32,000 bases of DNA from positions 270,001 through 302,000 of the forward strand of contig JBGQBI010000002.1 in the NCBI GenBank assembly GCA_041494705.1. Reading direction: 5' to 3'. The notes beneath the pieces are model-generated. The model was given only the letters and a program-made list of their open reading frames with translations, was not told the DNA's origin and made no database searches. This DNA is from Candidatus Methanoperedens sp. Lineage in GTDB: Archaea; Halobacteriota; Methanosarcinia; Methanosarcinales; Methanoperedenaceae. Shown here piece by piece: positions 6,681-15,584 of this stretch. Position 1 is the stretch's first letter. Every line of letters starts with the position of its first letter. Both the position numbers and the translations under genes were made by a program.

Positions 6681-8837
6681 TTATTTTTTTCTTCTTATCA
6701 GGAACATCGCGATTCCAACTGCTGCAATCATTGGCAGTATTTCAAAGCCCGGCACTTTGACTGTGACTGTGTCAGCATTACGTTCAAGTCCTCCGCCCTT
6801 CGCAGTCACATAACCATATATTGTTGTTCCTTTGGGAATTTCACTCGGAACCGGATTCTCGAATACGAATGGCTGATACGGGGGATAGATGGTCGTCACT
6901 TTTCCCAAATCCCGCTCCTGGCCAAGCGCCTTTACTTTGACATAAATATCAACCGGCTCGTTGAATCCACCGCTGGGCATAACAGTCAATGTCAACCTCA
7001 AAGTATCTCCGGGATTAACGGTTAAACTTGTAGGCGAAATTCCAATAGCGAAATCTCTAGTAGCCCCGGATGTCGTAACTTGAGGTCCTGTTGGTGATAT
7101 TGCCGGTGTATATGTTGGGCTTGTGTAAGGTCTTGGAGTCTGTGTAGCGCCCGCGGCTGTGCAGGTCAGGCTGATAGACTTAACCTTGCCGTCACGCGGC
7201 GGCCATCCCGCACCCTCCGCGCCTACGATATCAATCGTTTTGGGTTTCGGTGAAAGTTTCATCAGATCAAACTCATAGTTATACCATTCACCCTTCTGTG
7301 TTTTTATTCCAAAATCAGTTAAACTTGAGCCGGTCGGGTCCATGAAATATAAACCGGTCCAAAACATGCGATTCGGATCCTTTGGGTCCTCACCGAGGTT
7401 GCCGTGCAACACCCCGTTTATGTCTGTGTAGCGCGCGAAAACCGCTATCGGAGCTTCCCTGCCATTAAACCCCGTACCGCTTAGCGCCTGCTCATCAGCC
7501 TTTACGGTAGCCCTGAGATTAAGGGCCAAGCATCCGGATACGTCGGCATTGAGGGTCTGCATTATTCCGATATTGTTGTTGCCACTCTTGCTCAGGAATC
7601 GGATACCGTCAGACTCCGCAGTCACCTCGCCCTTGCCATCTGATGGCTTAAACCATTCCATAATCGTCCAGCCGCTAAGACCGCTGGAGAAGTCCCCATT
7701 TGTAACCATTTCACCGCCAGATGGTTTAGTTGGAGTTTTGGTGACAGTGGGGGTAATTGCGGTGACTGTTGGTGTTACTGTTGGGGTAGCCTCGCCCGGT
7801 ATCATATATCCGGAATAATACCCACCGATACTCACTTCAGCAGGTCGCGGCGAGATTCCGCTGGGCAGGAAGTATATTGCCTGATAATAACTGCCCTTGT
7901 GTTCCGGCGTCCAAGATATTCCACCGTTGGTAGTGTGCCAGATAGCATCCGGACCGCCTGCGTAGCCCTCGTTGGCATTTAGTAAATAAACACTGTTTAT
8001 CCGATCGGGGCTTATGTAAATCGAACTCCATGTCGCGCCGCCGTTTGAGGTGCGGTATATGCGGTACATGCCTTCTGTCTTATTGTTATTGAGATACGCA
8101 GATGCCCAGCCGTCATTGGCATTGAGCATGAAAATGGATGTGGTTTCGGCGCCATCATCCTCTGTTACCCACGGGAATTCCGGGTTCGGGCTCCAGCTAT
8201 TGCTTCCGTCGGTGGTTCGGAAAAGCCTTTTGTTTGTAGCCACAAAGCCATTTGAAGCATCAACAAACTGCAGGGTTTTACCATTGAGGTATTGCTCGTA
8301 TGTTCCATTCAATTTAACCTCTGCCGGTAACCATGTAACGCCTCCATCAGATGTTGTAAAGACATAAGTTTGACTCGATGCATAAATTTTATTGGCATTT
8401 ATTACCGAAAGTCCAAAGAGCGGCACATAGGTCTGGTAGTTCAGCGATTTCATGAAGTTATCGTTAAGGTTCGTCCAGGTCTGCCCACCGTCGTTGGTCT
8501 TGCCGATGTACATATCCACGCCGAAGCCGATGAAACCTCCCACTGCCCAGCCGTTCATGGAATCAGCGAATTTTATTCCTCCTATGTTAGCAACATAGTC
8601 TGTAGTGTTTTTCCATGTATTGCCGCCATCGCCAGAATAATAAAGCTTGCCGCCATTCATACCGCCAGTACCGGCAGTACCGCCTACTATGTGGTTCTGG
8701 TCAAGGATGTAAACCTCACTATAACTGTTTCCTTTAAATTCAACATATTCCCACGCAGCTCCATAAACCGCTCCGGAGAGCAGCAACAGAGCGCAAATGC
8801 TATACAAAATAATTCTTGTTACTCGCTTTACCATCAT
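6681..8837 (-). CDS. Surface protein: signal peptide, BNR/Ycf48-like beta-propeller, PT-rich linker, CBM-like domain, Ig-like domain, PGF-CTERM anchor
   Basis: 718 aa. Six S/T-x-D/N-G-G-x-T/S-W repeats (SGDGGNTW, TNDGGQTW, TSDGGVTW, TTDGSNSW, TSNGGATW, TTNGGISW). Linker TPTVTPTVTAITPTVTKTPTKP. CBM-like start NGDFSSGLSGWT. The C-terminus is VPGFEILPMIAAVGIAMFLIRRKK. Confidence 0.8.
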   Translation of the reverse strand: MMVKRVTRIILYSICALLLLSGAVYGAAWEYVEFKGNSYSEVYILDQNHIVGGTAGTGGMNGGKLYYSGDGGNTWKNTTDYVANIGGIKFADSMNGWAVGGFIGFGVDMYIGKTNDGGQTWTNLNDNFMKSLNYQTYVPLFGLSVINANKIYASSQTYVFTTSDGGVTWLPAEVKLNGTYEQYLNGKTLQFVDASNGFVATNKRLFRTTDGSNSWSPNPEFPWVTEDDGAETTSIFMLNANDGWASAYLNNNKTEGMYRIYRTSNGGATWSSIYISPDRINSVYLLNANEGYAGGPDAIWHTTNGGISWTPEHKGSYYQAIYFLPSGISPRPAEVSIGGYYSGYMIPGEATPTVTPTVTAITPTVTKTPTKPSGGEMVTNGDFSSGLSGWTIMEWFKPSDGKGEVTAESDGIRFLSKSGNNNIGIMQTLNADVSGCLALNLRATVKADEQALSGTGFNGREAPIAVFARYTDINGVLHGNLGEDPKDPNRMFWTGLYFMDPTGSSLTDFGIKTQKGEWYNYEFDLMKLSPKPKTIDIVGAEGAGWPPRDGKVKSISLTCTAAGATQTPRPYTSPTYTPAISPTGPQVTTSGATRDFAIGISPTSLTVNPGDTLRLTLTVMPSGGFNEPVDIYVKVKALGQERDLGKVTTIYPPYQPFVFENPVPSEIPKGTTIYGYVTAKGGGLERNADTVTVKVPGFEILPMIAAVGIAMFLIRRKK

Positions 8838-8954
8838 ACCAAGTACCTCTAATTAATGAATAATCATTTAAAACTATATAATTATTATGTTGCCCTTTTG
8901 TATAGTCCTGAAATTCCTGAATTTATATGACCCTCCTGGCGGAGGTATTATCCT

Positions 8955-9614
8955 CTAAACCCTTGCATATTCTTCCATGAATTTCAAAATCTGGTCGCTG
9001 TTCCCGATAACAGCAAGCGTCATCCCCTCTTTAATTACAATCGAAGGATCTATATCCGTTGTGGTCTTTCCATCTTCTTCAATCCCGATAATGGTGCATC
9101 CTATTCTGGAACGGATACAGGCATCCGATATTTTCTCACCCGTTAGGGGTGAATCTTTTGTAACGTGGTATCGTTCTATTTCCAGCCCTTCAAACATCAT
9201 TATGGTCTCTTCTATTTCATGCCCGAGAACTATGCGGGCGAGCATCTGCGCAGCTACTATCGAAAGAGAAGCCACATAATCCGCACCTGCCCTGTAAATC
9301 TTATCAATGGACTTTGTTGCATTCGCCCTTGCAATGATTATACAAGGCGGATTCAAAGTCCTTGCTATGAGAGAAGTGAAAATAATATCGGTGTCATTAT
9401 TCAAAACGATGATGACCGAAGTTGCGTTCTTGAGGTCGGCGCGCTTCAGGACTTCCTCATCGGTTGCATCCCCAACTACGTATTTGAAATTCTTATCCTT
9501 GAATTTTGCTTCATTCTTATCAACTACCACAAAACTCACAAGAGCTTTTTCAAGAACCCTGGCTATACTCATGCCCACATCCCCGTACCCGATGAGAATA
9601 AAATGTTTTTTCAC
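8955..9614 (-). CDS. Soluble RCK protein (TrkA-N plus TrkA-C domains)
   Basis: 219 aa. GTG start 4 nt after the channel gene stop, preceded by GGTGAT. Rossmann motif ILIGYGDVG. TrkA-C-like C-terminal half. Confidence 0.8.
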   Translation of the reverse strand: MKKHFILIGYGDVGMSIARVLEKALVSFVVVDKNEAKFKDKNFKYVVGDATDEEVLKRADLKNATSVIIVLNNDTDIIFTSLIARTLNPPCIIIARANATKSIDKIYRAGADYVASLSIVAAQMLARIVLGHEIEETIMMFEGLEIERYHVTKDSPLTGEKISDACIRSRIGCTIIGIEEDGKTTTDIDPSIVIKEGMTLAVIGNSDQILKFMEEYARV

Positions 9615-9618
9615 AATA

Positions 9619-10617
9619 TCACCGCGTCATTTTTTTTAATGCTTCAAGCTGTATTTCCGTACCGACTGCAAGAAGTATGGAATTCTCTTTTATCGCGTCC
9701 TCTGGCTGCGGATTTAATGATAATATGCCGCCTGTCCAGAGCCCCACTATATTTGCGCCGGTCTCTGCGCGTATCCGTGCTTCTTTTAATTTTTTTCCGA
9801 TTAGAACGCTTCTGGGATAAATGGGAAGTTCCACAATACTCAGGTTTTCAAAGAATTTCGTAGCCCCTGCAAGATGGTCTGTGAGCGGGTCGATGGCTTT
9901 TCTTCCAATGTATGTCCCGAATAATGTTTTTGGTGAAATTACCTGGTCTGCTCCGGCGTATTTCAGGTAAGCTGACCTTGCTATGTTTTCAACAAGTGCT
10001 ATTACCTTGATATTGCAGAGCTCCTTGGCTGTCAGGATTATGCTTGCATTCTTTTCATCATTCTGGTTGGCTATCAACATCTTTGCTGAGAGTATATTTG
10101 AATTCAGCAGCACGTTCTCGTCTGCCGCATCACCATGAACGCATATTATTTTCCTTTTGATCAACTGCGCAACGTTCTTTTCATTTTCATCAATTACAGC
10201 AAAAGAAATCCCGTACTCGTCAAGTTCTGTGATAAGGGTTTCAACGAGCTGGTTGTAGCCGCATATTATAATGTGGTCTTTCAAAACAGCCGGCACTTTC
10301 GCGGGCAGCTCTTTCTTGATAGTTTGTTCAAGCCAGGGAGTGACCACCAGGGGGAAAAGCATGGCGAATATCATTATTACGCCTGAGAGTGCAACAACGA
10401 TACTGAACAGGTGTCCCATGGAGGAAGTGAAAATAATATCGCCATACCCCACCGTGGTCATGCTCATTATAACCCAGTAAATTGCGGTTATGAAATCGTA
10501 ATTCCTGTTGTCGTATGTGCGCATCAGGTACTGGAAAATCAGGCCGTATGTTAAAACAAGAATTGTAAAAATGGAAACATAGACAATAACAGATTTACTT
10601 ATTCGAAGCTTAAACAT
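9619..10617 (-). CDS. MthK-like two-TM potassium channel with fused RCK (TrkA-N/TrkA-C) domain
   Basis: 332 aa. K+ selectivity filter TTVGYGD between two TM helices. The RCK domain starts at HIIICGYNQL. Confidence 0.85.
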   Translation of the reverse strand: MFKLRISKSVIVYVSIFTILVLTYGLIFQYLMRTYDNRNYDFITAIYWVIMSMTTVGYGDIIFTSSMGHLFSIVVALSGVIMIFAMLFPLVVTPWLEQTIKKELPAKVPAVLKDHIIICGYNQLVETLITELDEYGISFAVIDENEKNVAQLIKRKIICVHGDAADENVLLNSNILSAKMLIANQNDEKNASIILTAKELCNIKVIALVENIARSAYLKYAGADQVISPKTLFGTYIGRKAIDPLTDHLAGATKFFENLSIVELPIYPRSVLIGKKLKEARIRAETGANIVGLWTGGILSLNPQPEDAIKENSILLAVGTEIQLEALKKMTR

Positions 10618-10668
10618 TCAATTACTATTATTGTATTGATGAGTTAATAATATTAACTGGGTGGAAAG

Positions 10669-12027
10669 CTAATTCCTCATGCTCGTAATGGGGCTGGGCA
10701 TCCTCCCGCCGCGCAATATGAAATCGCGGGAACTGAATGCGCTCACTTCCATTACATAGGTTTCACCGAGCAGCCCCCCGAAATTCACATAATCCCCGGC
10801 TTTTTTTCCAGGGACAGGAATGAGCCGCACGCCTGTTGTCTTCCCGTTCACCACGCCTATCGAAAGCTCATCCGCAATTATAGCCGATATGGTTTCAGCA
10901 GGCGTATCGCCCGGAATGGCTACCATGTCAAGCCCCACAGAGCAGACTGCGGTCAGTGCTTCAAGTTTCTCAATCGAAAGCGCCCCCGCCTTCACTGCGG
11001 CGTTCATGCCCGAATCCTCACTCACCGGGATGAATGTGCCGCTCAGTCCACCCACATTTCCCGATGCCATGGCGCCGCCTTTCTTCACAGCATCGATAAG
11101 CAGCGCAAGAGCGGCGGTGCTGCCAGGCGCTCCCATTTTCTCAACACCCATCATTTCCACAATGCCCGCTACCGAATCGCCGACTTTCGTGGTTGATGCA
11201 AGCGAAATATCCACTATCCCGAAAGGGACGTTCATATTTCCGGCAAGTTCCCTTCCAATCAACTCGCCGGCTCTTGTTATCTTAAATGCCGTGCGCTTGA
11301 TGACCTCGGAAAGCGCAGTCAGGTCGCAGTCTTTGTTCTTTTCTACCACGCTTCTCACAACACCCGGGCCGCTTATGCCTATATTCAGTGAAAAATCAGG
11401 CTCCCCGATGCCATGAAACGCTCCTGCCATGAATGGATTGTCCTCAGGGGCGTTTGAAAATACCGCAAATTTTGTGCATCCGATTCCGTTCTCTGTCCGG
11501 TTTGAAATTTCCTTGAGGGTTTTTCCAAGTTTGACCACTGCGTCCATGTTCATCCCTGAAACAGTTGAAGCGACGTTCAGGAAAGCGCATACCCTTTCGG
11601 TACCTGAGAGCACTTCTGGAAGCGAGTCTATGAGCAACGCGTCCGCTTTTGTTATGCCCTTCTGGACAAGCGCGCCGTACCCGCCGATAAAATCAATGCC
11701 TGCATCGCGTGAAGCATCATCAAGCGTCTTTGCAATCTGAACCGGTGCATCCTTCTCCGAGCACGCCTCGACAATCAATGAAACCGGGGTTACTGAAATC
11801 CTTTTATTGATTATCGGGATGCCGTATTTCGCTTCAAGTTTCTCGGCTTCAGAAACAAGTGTTCGCCCATAATCCGTGACGCGGTCGTAAACGTTTGACT
11901 TGAAAACCTCGATGTCCGAGTGGATGCAGTCTTTCAAATTGATTCCAAGCGTCACTGTCCTGATATCAAAATTATGGTAAAGAGTCATTTTGACAGTTTC
12001 CATGACCTCTTCGATAGAATATTCCAT
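10669..12027 (-). CDS. UPF0210 (DUF711, PFL-like) family protein
   Basis: 452 aa. The N-terminus MTLYHNFDIRTVTLGINLKDC matches the UPF0210 signature as I recall it. Immediately downstream of its usual ACT-domain partner. Confidence 0.85.
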   Translation of the reverse strand: MEYSIEEVMETVKMTLYHNFDIRTVTLGINLKDCIHSDIEVFKSNVYDRVTDYGRTLVSEAEKLEAKYGIPIINKRISVTPVSLIVEACSEKDAPVQIAKTLDDASRDAGIDFIGGYGALVQKGITKADALLIDSLPEVLSGTERVCAFLNVASTVSGMNMDAVVKLGKTLKEISNRTENGIGCTKFAVFSNAPEDNPFMAGAFHGIGEPDFSLNIGISGPGVVRSVVEKNKDCDLTALSEVIKRTAFKITRAGELIGRELAGNMNVPFGIVDISLASTTKVGDSVAGIVEMMGVEKMGAPGSTAALALLIDAVKKGGAMASGNVGGLSGTFIPVSEDSGMNAAVKAGALSIEKLEALTAVCSVGLDMVAIPGDTPAETISAIIADELSIGVVNGKTTGVRLIPVPGKKAGDYVNFGGLLGETYVMEVSAFSSRDFILRGGRMPSPITSMRN

Positions 12028-12030
12028 GAC

Positions 12031-12309
12031 TTACACCCGGTGCATCGCTTTGAAGATATCCTCATGCTGGACCTGGATGGATAGGCCCATTTCCTTCTCT
12101 ATTATGGAAAGCTCTTTTTTTAATTCCGGTATTGTCATCGAAGAATCTGACATATCAGCAAGCATGGTCATCACAAAATAGCCCTCCATGACTTTCTGGT
12201 TCAGGTCTTCGATATTGATATTGTGCGTGTAAACCGCGTTTGAGATTCTGGCGATTATTCCTTTCTGGTCTTTACCGATAACAGTTATGAATACGAGGTA
12301 TTTGGGCAT
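12031..12309 (-). CDS. ACT-domain protein (UPF0237 family)
   Basis: The track ORF starts at 12333. I prefer ATG 12309 (MPKYLVFITVIGKDQKGIIARIS), preceded by GGAG about 8 nt upstream, giving the roughly 92-aa size typical of UPF0237. Confidence 0.8.
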   Translation of the reverse strand: MPKYLVFITVIGKDQKGIIARISNAVYTHNINIEDLNQKVMEGYFVMTMLADMSDSSMTIPELKKELSIIEKEMGLSIQVQHEDIFKAMHRV

Positions 12310-12551
12310 TGGGATTCTCCGATGTTCATCCAATATCTTGGCAGGATGGTTTAAATATTGTTATGAAATCCTAAACAGTTTCAAAGTAGGGCAGTAATAC
12401 AGTTTATTATTGATTAAGTGGTTTGAATGACGATTATATATAAGAATAAGAGGATAGAATGTGTAAGAGAATCTTATTCAAATAGATAATATATTCAAAG
12501 TTCTACGCATGACCGTGTATCAGGATTCACAATATGATGAGGTAGTGGATA

Positions 12552-13397
12552 TTGCCAAACACAAAACAAGCGAGATTTTTTAAAAAGCCAAATCGATTAG
12601 TTCAAGATTTGGGTAAATTAACTTTTACTTTGGAATTTAAATATCCAAAAAATTTTCCCGCAACATGCGTCGCTATGGAAAGTCTAGCTAAAGCAGAAAT
12701 TAGAGATGATAATGCTAAGAGAAGTGGAAATGATGACTATTCGATATCTTTGGAAAAATTATTCAATGCTTTTGATACCTTCATAAGAGAAGGGAAACAA
12801 ATTACTGGATGGGTAAGTAATTATAACCTTTCAGATTCATGTGAATTAACGATATTTCTACTTTGGCAAATAAGAAACGTTTGGACTCATCATGGTGGGC
12901 TGATTGATGAAAAATGTAAGGAAGTTTATGAAAAAACTCTATATTCTGCTTCGATTAATGGAATTAAACCAATTATTGATTTACCAAAAGATTTAGAGGT
13001 CGGTTACGAGTTCACAATCCAATTTGATGATTATCATTCTATCAAAAAATGTATATTTAAATATATTGGGGAGAGGGTTTCGAAGGAGGATTTTGAAATA
13101 TTATCTACCAGATCTTCAATTACTGACATAAAAATCAATAAGTGTGAAGCCATTATTGAATATGAGTTTGGAACTCTAATACTCGATCTTGTTGAAGCTT
13201 ATGATTGCGGTTGTGAAATTGATTCTGTAACAAAAAAATTCAAAGCTCCCTCTAAAATGAAATATGACTTTGAAACAGAACGCGTAATTATAATTTCTAC
13301 AGGAAAATCATTTCCGGCCAAACTTAAGATGCGGCCTAAACGAATACGAAACAGTGGCAGAGTGGCACTAGCAAATGATGCTAAAAATCTAATGTAG
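12552..13397 (+). CDS. Orphan protein with HEPN-like RNxxxH motif in an AT-rich insert
   Basis: 281-aa ORF. The first possible start is TTG 12552, with GAGGT about 8 nt upstream and an in-frame TAG at 12543. Residues 105-116 read LWQIRNVWTHHG (R108-N-x3-H113). No other family was recognised. Confidence 0.55.
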   Translation: MPNTKQARFFKKPNRLVQDLGKLTFTLEFKYPKNFPATCVAMESLAKAEIRDDNAKRSGNDDYSISLEKLFNAFDTFIREGKQITGWVSNYNLSDSCELTIFLLWQIRNVWTHHGGLIDEKCKEVYEKTLYSASINGIKPIIDLPKDLEVGYEFTIQFDDYHSIKKCIFKYIGERVSKEDFEILSTRSSITDIKINKCEAIIEYEFGTLILDLVEAYDCGCEIDSVTKKFKAPSKMKYDFETERVIIISTGKSFPAKLKMRPKRIRNSGRVALANDAKNLM

Positions 13398-13476
13398 TAC
13401 CCGACGGAAAAGTTTAAACCTCAACAAGTATTCATAACCTAGATTTATTGGTACGAAGGACGTGAAAATTACTTAA

Positions 13477-15363
13477 ATGTGGAAAGTCGAAGACGCAATA
13501 GAACTCTATGGCATTGAGCGGTGGGGTAATGGATTTTTTTCTTTTAATAAAAATGGTAATTTAATCGTCAAACCAACAAAAAACGATGCACAGGTTATTG
13601 ACCTGAAAAATGTCGTGGATAATCTAACCTCCAGAAAAATCGAATTTCCAATATTATTCCGGTTCCCGCAAATACTCGAAGCCCAGATAAAAGCCCTGAA
13701 CGGCGCATTCTCCAATTCAATTTCAGAATATAAATATAACAGCACGTACCAGGGAATATTCCCGATGAAGGTGAACCAGCGAAAAGAGGTAATAGAGGAA
13801 ATCGTAAAATCCGGGAAAAAATACAACATGGGCCTTGAAGCGGGGACAAAAGCGGAACTGCTGGCAGCCCTCTCGTTTGATTTAAGCACTGATGCGCTCC
13901 TTATCTGCAATGGTTTCAAGGACGATGAATACCTGAGACTTGCATTGAACACAATAAAACTGGGGAACAAAGTCGTAATCGTAATCGATGAATTCAGCGA
14001 GACGAAACGGCTGCTTGAGACTTCAAAAAAGATGGGAGTAAAACCGCTTATAGGCATCAGGGTGAAGTTATACTCAAAAGGAAGCGGGAAATGGGTCGAA
14101 TCCGGCGGGGAATCCGCAAAGTTCGGTCTTACCACTACTGAAATACTTGAATGCATAAAAATCATCAGCGAATATAATATGCTTGACCAGTTGCAGATGC
14201 TTCATTTCCATATCGGCTCCCAGATAACCGAAATAAGAAGAATCCAGAAAGCTGTCAAAGAAGCGGCAAGGGTGTACGCGAAAATTAAAGTCAAGCACAT
14301 CAACATCAAATATTTCAATATCGGCGGAGGTCTTGGTCTTGATTATGACGGCAGCAAAACATCATCGGACGCCAGCGCCAATTACTCTATCCAGGAATAT
14401 GCCAACAACGTGGTCTATTCTTTAAAAGAAGTATGCGACGAGGAAAATGTCTCTCACCCGATAATTTTATCTGAAAGCGGAAGGGCGATTTCTGCGTACC
14501 ATTCCGTACTGGTTATCAACATTAAGGGCAGCAAGAATGGAAACCTCAACAGGCAGGTGGAGCTGCGCGGTAATGAACCACATATAATAAAAGAACTGTA
14601 CGACGGGTCAAAAGAAATAAACATTAAAAACTATGAAGAGTATTACCACGACGCGCTGCTTCATCGTGAGGAACTTCTTTCATTATTCAATCTTGGCGAA
14701 CTTGAGCTTGAGGATAAGTCCGAAGGGGAGATTCTTTTCTGGCAGATATGTGAAAAAGCCGCGGCATTTGCCAAGGAAACCCAGAACAAATCCGATGATT
14801 TCGAAGACCTGAATAAGCTATTGTCCAAAAAATATATCGGCAATTTCTCGGTTTTCCAGTCTGTTCCGGATTTCTGGGCAATAAAGCAATTATTCCCGGT
14901 GGTTCCAGTAAGCCGCGCCAATGAGAAACCCACCCAGTACGGCACTATCGTGGACATCACATGCGATTCTGATGGTGAGATAGACAAATTCGTGGACCTG
15001 AAGGATGTTAAAGAAGTCCTGGAATTGCACGAGCTTAACAACGGCTCTTACTACCTCGCCGTCCTGATGATTGGCGCGTACCAGGATACCATAGGAGATT
15101 ATCATAATTTATTCGGGGCTGCAAACGAGGCGCATATAATTATTGATGACAGCGGCGAATGGCATATTAAACAAATCGTTAATGGTGACAGGATTTGTGA
15201 TGTCCTTGGTTATGTCAAATATAATAATAGTTATCTTCTTGAAGCGTTTGAATCAGAGGTGAACCAGGCACTGCGGGAGAACGGGTTGTCAAAGGCTGAT
15301 GCTGATGATATAATGAATAATTATAAAGAAGTCATGAACAGGTACACGTACCTGGATTTATAA
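13477..15363 (+). CDS. speA: Biosynthetic arginine decarboxylase (PLP-dependent)
   Basis: 628 aa. SpeA-type N-terminus (YGIERWGNGFFSFNKNGNLIVKP), plus PLIGIRVKLYSKGSGKWVESGGESAKFGL and HFHIGSQ motifs. Confidence 0.9.
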   Translation: MWKVEDAIELYGIERWGNGFFSFNKNGNLIVKPTKNDAQVIDLKNVVDNLTSRKIEFPILFRFPQILEAQIKALNGAFSNSISEYKYNSTYQGIFPMKVNQRKEVIEEIVKSGKKYNMGLEAGTKAELLAALSFDLSTDALLICNGFKDDEYLRLALNTIKLGNKVVIVIDEFSETKRLLETSKKMGVKPLIGIRVKLYSKGSGKWVESGGESAKFGLTTTEILECIKIISEYNMLDQLQMLHFHIGSQITEIRRIQKAVKEAARVYAKIKVKHINIKYFNIGGGLGLDYDGSKTSSDASANYSIQEYANNVVYSLKEVCDEENVSHPIILSESGRAISAYHSVLVINIKGSKNGNLNRQVELRGNEPHIIKELYDGSKEINIKNYEEYYHDALLHREELLSLFNLGELELEDKSEGEILFWQICEKAAAFAKETQNKSDDFEDLNKLLSKKYIGNFSVFQSVPDFWAIKQLFPVVPVSRANEKPTQYGTIVDITCDSDGEIDKFVDLKDVKEVLELHELNNGSYYLAVLMIGAYQDTIGDYHNLFGAANEAHIIIDDSGEWHIKQIVNGDRICDVLGYVKYNNSYLLEAFESEVNQALRENGLSKADADDIMNNYKEVMNRYTYLDL

Positions 15364-15408
15364 TCGTTGGGTTTTTGGGACAGTAAAAAAGTTTGGTGTG
15401 AGCAAAAT

Positions 15409-15474
15409 CTTTGCGTTCTTTGCGCCCTCTGTGGTGGTTAATCCTTCACCGCAAAGCACGCCAAGCGCGCAAAG
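15409..15474. repeat. 66-bp imperfect palindromic element built from CTTTGCG / CGCAAAG heptads (copy A)
   Basis: ctttgcgttctttgcgccctctgtggtgg...caccgcaaagcacgccaagcgcgcaaag. The reverse complement aligns with copy C at 24916-24981. Confidence 0.7.
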
Positions 15475-15584
15475 TTACTACCGCAGCGGCGCAAATCGGG
15501 CTTTAGCGTCCTCTGTCTCTTTGCTGTAATTAAGATAAATCTGTTCAGCAAGTTTATTAGCATCTTTGACTCTAAGAAAAAAGT

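Noticed and set aside
6531-7025. 164-aa plus-strand ORF, and ORF 8370-8852
   Set aside because: They are mostly antisense to the BNR/PGF-CTERM surface protein gene. The small part in the intergenic gap is better explained by the minus-strand small ORFs.
9165-9863. 232-aa plus-strand ORF spanning the RCK/channel gene junction
   Set aside because: It is antisense to two motif-supported genes and crosses their boundary. No coding features were seen.
10820-11740. Plus-strand ORFs of 198 aa and 103 aa
   Set aside because: They are antisense to the UPF0210 gene, with the Ser/Pro/Ala/Thr-rich composition typical of reverse-frame artefacts.
15409-15474. Possibility that the CTTTGCG/CGCAAAG repeats are a CRISPR array
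   Set aside because: There are only two heptads per arm, arranged as an inverted repeat. There is no series of regularly spaced direct repeats with unique spacers, no leader and no cas genes in the window.
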